A stretch of 64,000 bases of DNA. Source: Atractiella rhizophila (taxonomy: Eukaryota). The notes under the pieces are model-generated. The model saw nothing but the letters and a program-made list of their open reading frames with translations, was not told the origin of the DNA and did not search any database. How positions within the stretch are numbered: the first letter of the stretch is position 1; each line of letters opens with the position of its first letter. Location of the stretch: assembly GCA_021432655.1 (NCBI GenBank), contig MU271306.1, forward strand, positions 1-64,000, in the 5' to 3' direction. Below are positions 62,488-64,000 of this stretch, piece by piece. The translations under genes and the position numbers were made by a program.

Positions 62488-63392
62488 ATGGAATCACTCT
62501 CCCACCTCTCAGACTCCCTCAGTGCCGCGGACAAGGGCGGAAGACACGATTATACGCCACAAGATCTGACGAATCAGTTCAAACAGGCGGCAGCAGGAAT
62601 CAGCGTGCTTTACACTGAGGCTGCTAAGGCATCGAAGAAAGGTATGTCCTTGCTCTTGTCTGTTATGATCCGAGGATATTTCTTGATATTGCTTTGTTAA
62701 AGCTTACAGCACCGGTTATGCTTCTGCGATGAAGGATGTCCTCGAGTTCCTTCAGCATGGGTTAGACCATCGGCCTCCCCAACATGTTCACGGTTCTCGG
62801 GGGAGATCAAGGGCTGACCACAACGCCATCACGATTGAGAGAGTGATAGATTACATTGAGGTGCGTGTTTCCATTTTCAAGGGGAACGAGGCTTGACATC
62901 ACCTGACTGCGTTACTGTCTGCAGGCACGGCAAGAAACCGTTCGCTCGCTTTGGGAAGAACAATTCGGAGGCGAACCGCCAGTGGCTCCTCATCAATCTG
63001 CACGACCTACTGAAATGGCGCACGTCCCCGCTCAAGCTCCGTCTGCGAAATATGCAGCTCCTCCCGCACCCGCAGCCGAAAATGCTTCCTCTTCTCGCCC
63101 CAAGCCCGCTGTATCAGCACCAAGACGGACGTCCCCATCCACCCGCTCTTCCCCACTCCAGGAACGGGATAGGAAAGCGAGAGCTAGTGGAAATACCGCG
63201 AGTGGACACAAGCGACGCAGGAGTCCCGACGTCGTTCCCGTCGTCCCTACCCTGGTTGATTCGGATATGAAGGTCACGGAGATTCTGATGGGTGAGAATG
63301 AGGAGGGGATGACGGAACAAGGAGGTAGTTATGGCAATGAGTGGGCCGAAGTGAGGGGCGAACGGCCGTTCAAGAGGTTGAATCGGAGGTAG
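62488..63392 (+). CDS. Conserved protein, probable HAPSTR1/C16orf72 (DUF4588)-like
   Basis: Three exons: LTNQFKQAAAGISVLYTEAAKASKK-AYSTGYASAMKDVLEFL..TIERVIDYIE-ARQE. Basic C-terminal NLS-like RPFKRLNRR. Family assignment is from recalled motif similarity only. Confidence 0.55.
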
Positions 63393-64000
63393 AGGTATGT
63401 CTGTTGCTTTTGTTATTACCTTATGAATGGGTTTAAATGCATTTTTATGTGCAAAGGTTGTTTAAGGTTGTTTACTTAATGGTTTTTGCATGTGATATGG
63501 TCCGACTTACTGAACACACGAGGAGTTTCTCGACGACGTTTTACTCATCTGACGATCAACCGACATCAAACAATACAGCCACAATCAATCAAAGGCAATC
63601 CAGTTCCTTGTACCAGATATTCGAGCAGATCTCGTACTTCGCTTCATCCTCCCAACGAATTATTCCCATGTTCCTTCCGTTCGATTTCTGGAAGCCATCG
63701 CCTCTTCCTTCGAGATTTGTTGCCCCTAATTTGTACTCTGGTTGATTTTCAGTTCCAGCATGTGATATTTGTACCCACTTTCTTCATCTCCCTGCTTCTC
63801 GGTTTTCCTTTGCTTGTCCTGTTCCTCCTTGATCGCTTCAGATTCAGTTGGTCACCTTTTACAATACATCTCTCTTCTGCAACGCAATGTCCTATGCTCC
63901 CATGCATTTCTCGTCCCCGATGTTACTCTAAATTGCTAAGTACTTGTATGTCGCTGGGTGAGCATTGTGGTCTCAAGTTCAAGCAGGATTCGTGACAACT

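Noticed and set aside
63437..63995. ORFs at the right edge
   Set aside because: No recognisable motifs and no coherent gene model. Cannot be assessed without the adjacent sequence.

Overview
Intron-rich eukaryotic DNA (typical introns 50-70 nt, GT..AG) from a fungus. Gene content and motifs point to a basidiomycete, probably Pucciniomycotina (inference). Conserved genes: a TLS1/C9orf78-like factor, pterin-4a-carbinolamine dehydratase, a KDM3-type JmjC protein, FHIP/FAM160, a fungal TF-like gene, a secreted FAD-linked oxidase, BCKDH E1-alpha, an alkenal reductase, Old Yellow Enzyme, a DUF1330-like protein, tRNA-Glu(CTC), an RBR E3 ligase, the MIPC synthase SUR1, dUTPase and a HAPSTR1-like gene. 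Among them lie at least 7 copies of one F-box/LRR-like family with an unrecognised N-terminal domain: 2 apparently intact, 2 with a single frameshift, 3 relics. Main points of interest: (1) this birth-and-death F-box family, including one copy fused to an extra intron-rich module; (2) a JmjC protein whose Fe/2-oxoglutarate ligands are replaced (HxD to HxN, His to Tyr, Lys to Leu), a predicted Epe1-like pseudo-demethylase; (3) a 3.03-kb tandem duplication giving two intact dUTPases, a convergent sense/antisense chimeric junction and mosaic divergence; (4) a candidate poison exon in BCKDH E1-alpha. All gene models were spliced by eye and exon limits are approximate. Some single-base frameshifts may be assembly errors.
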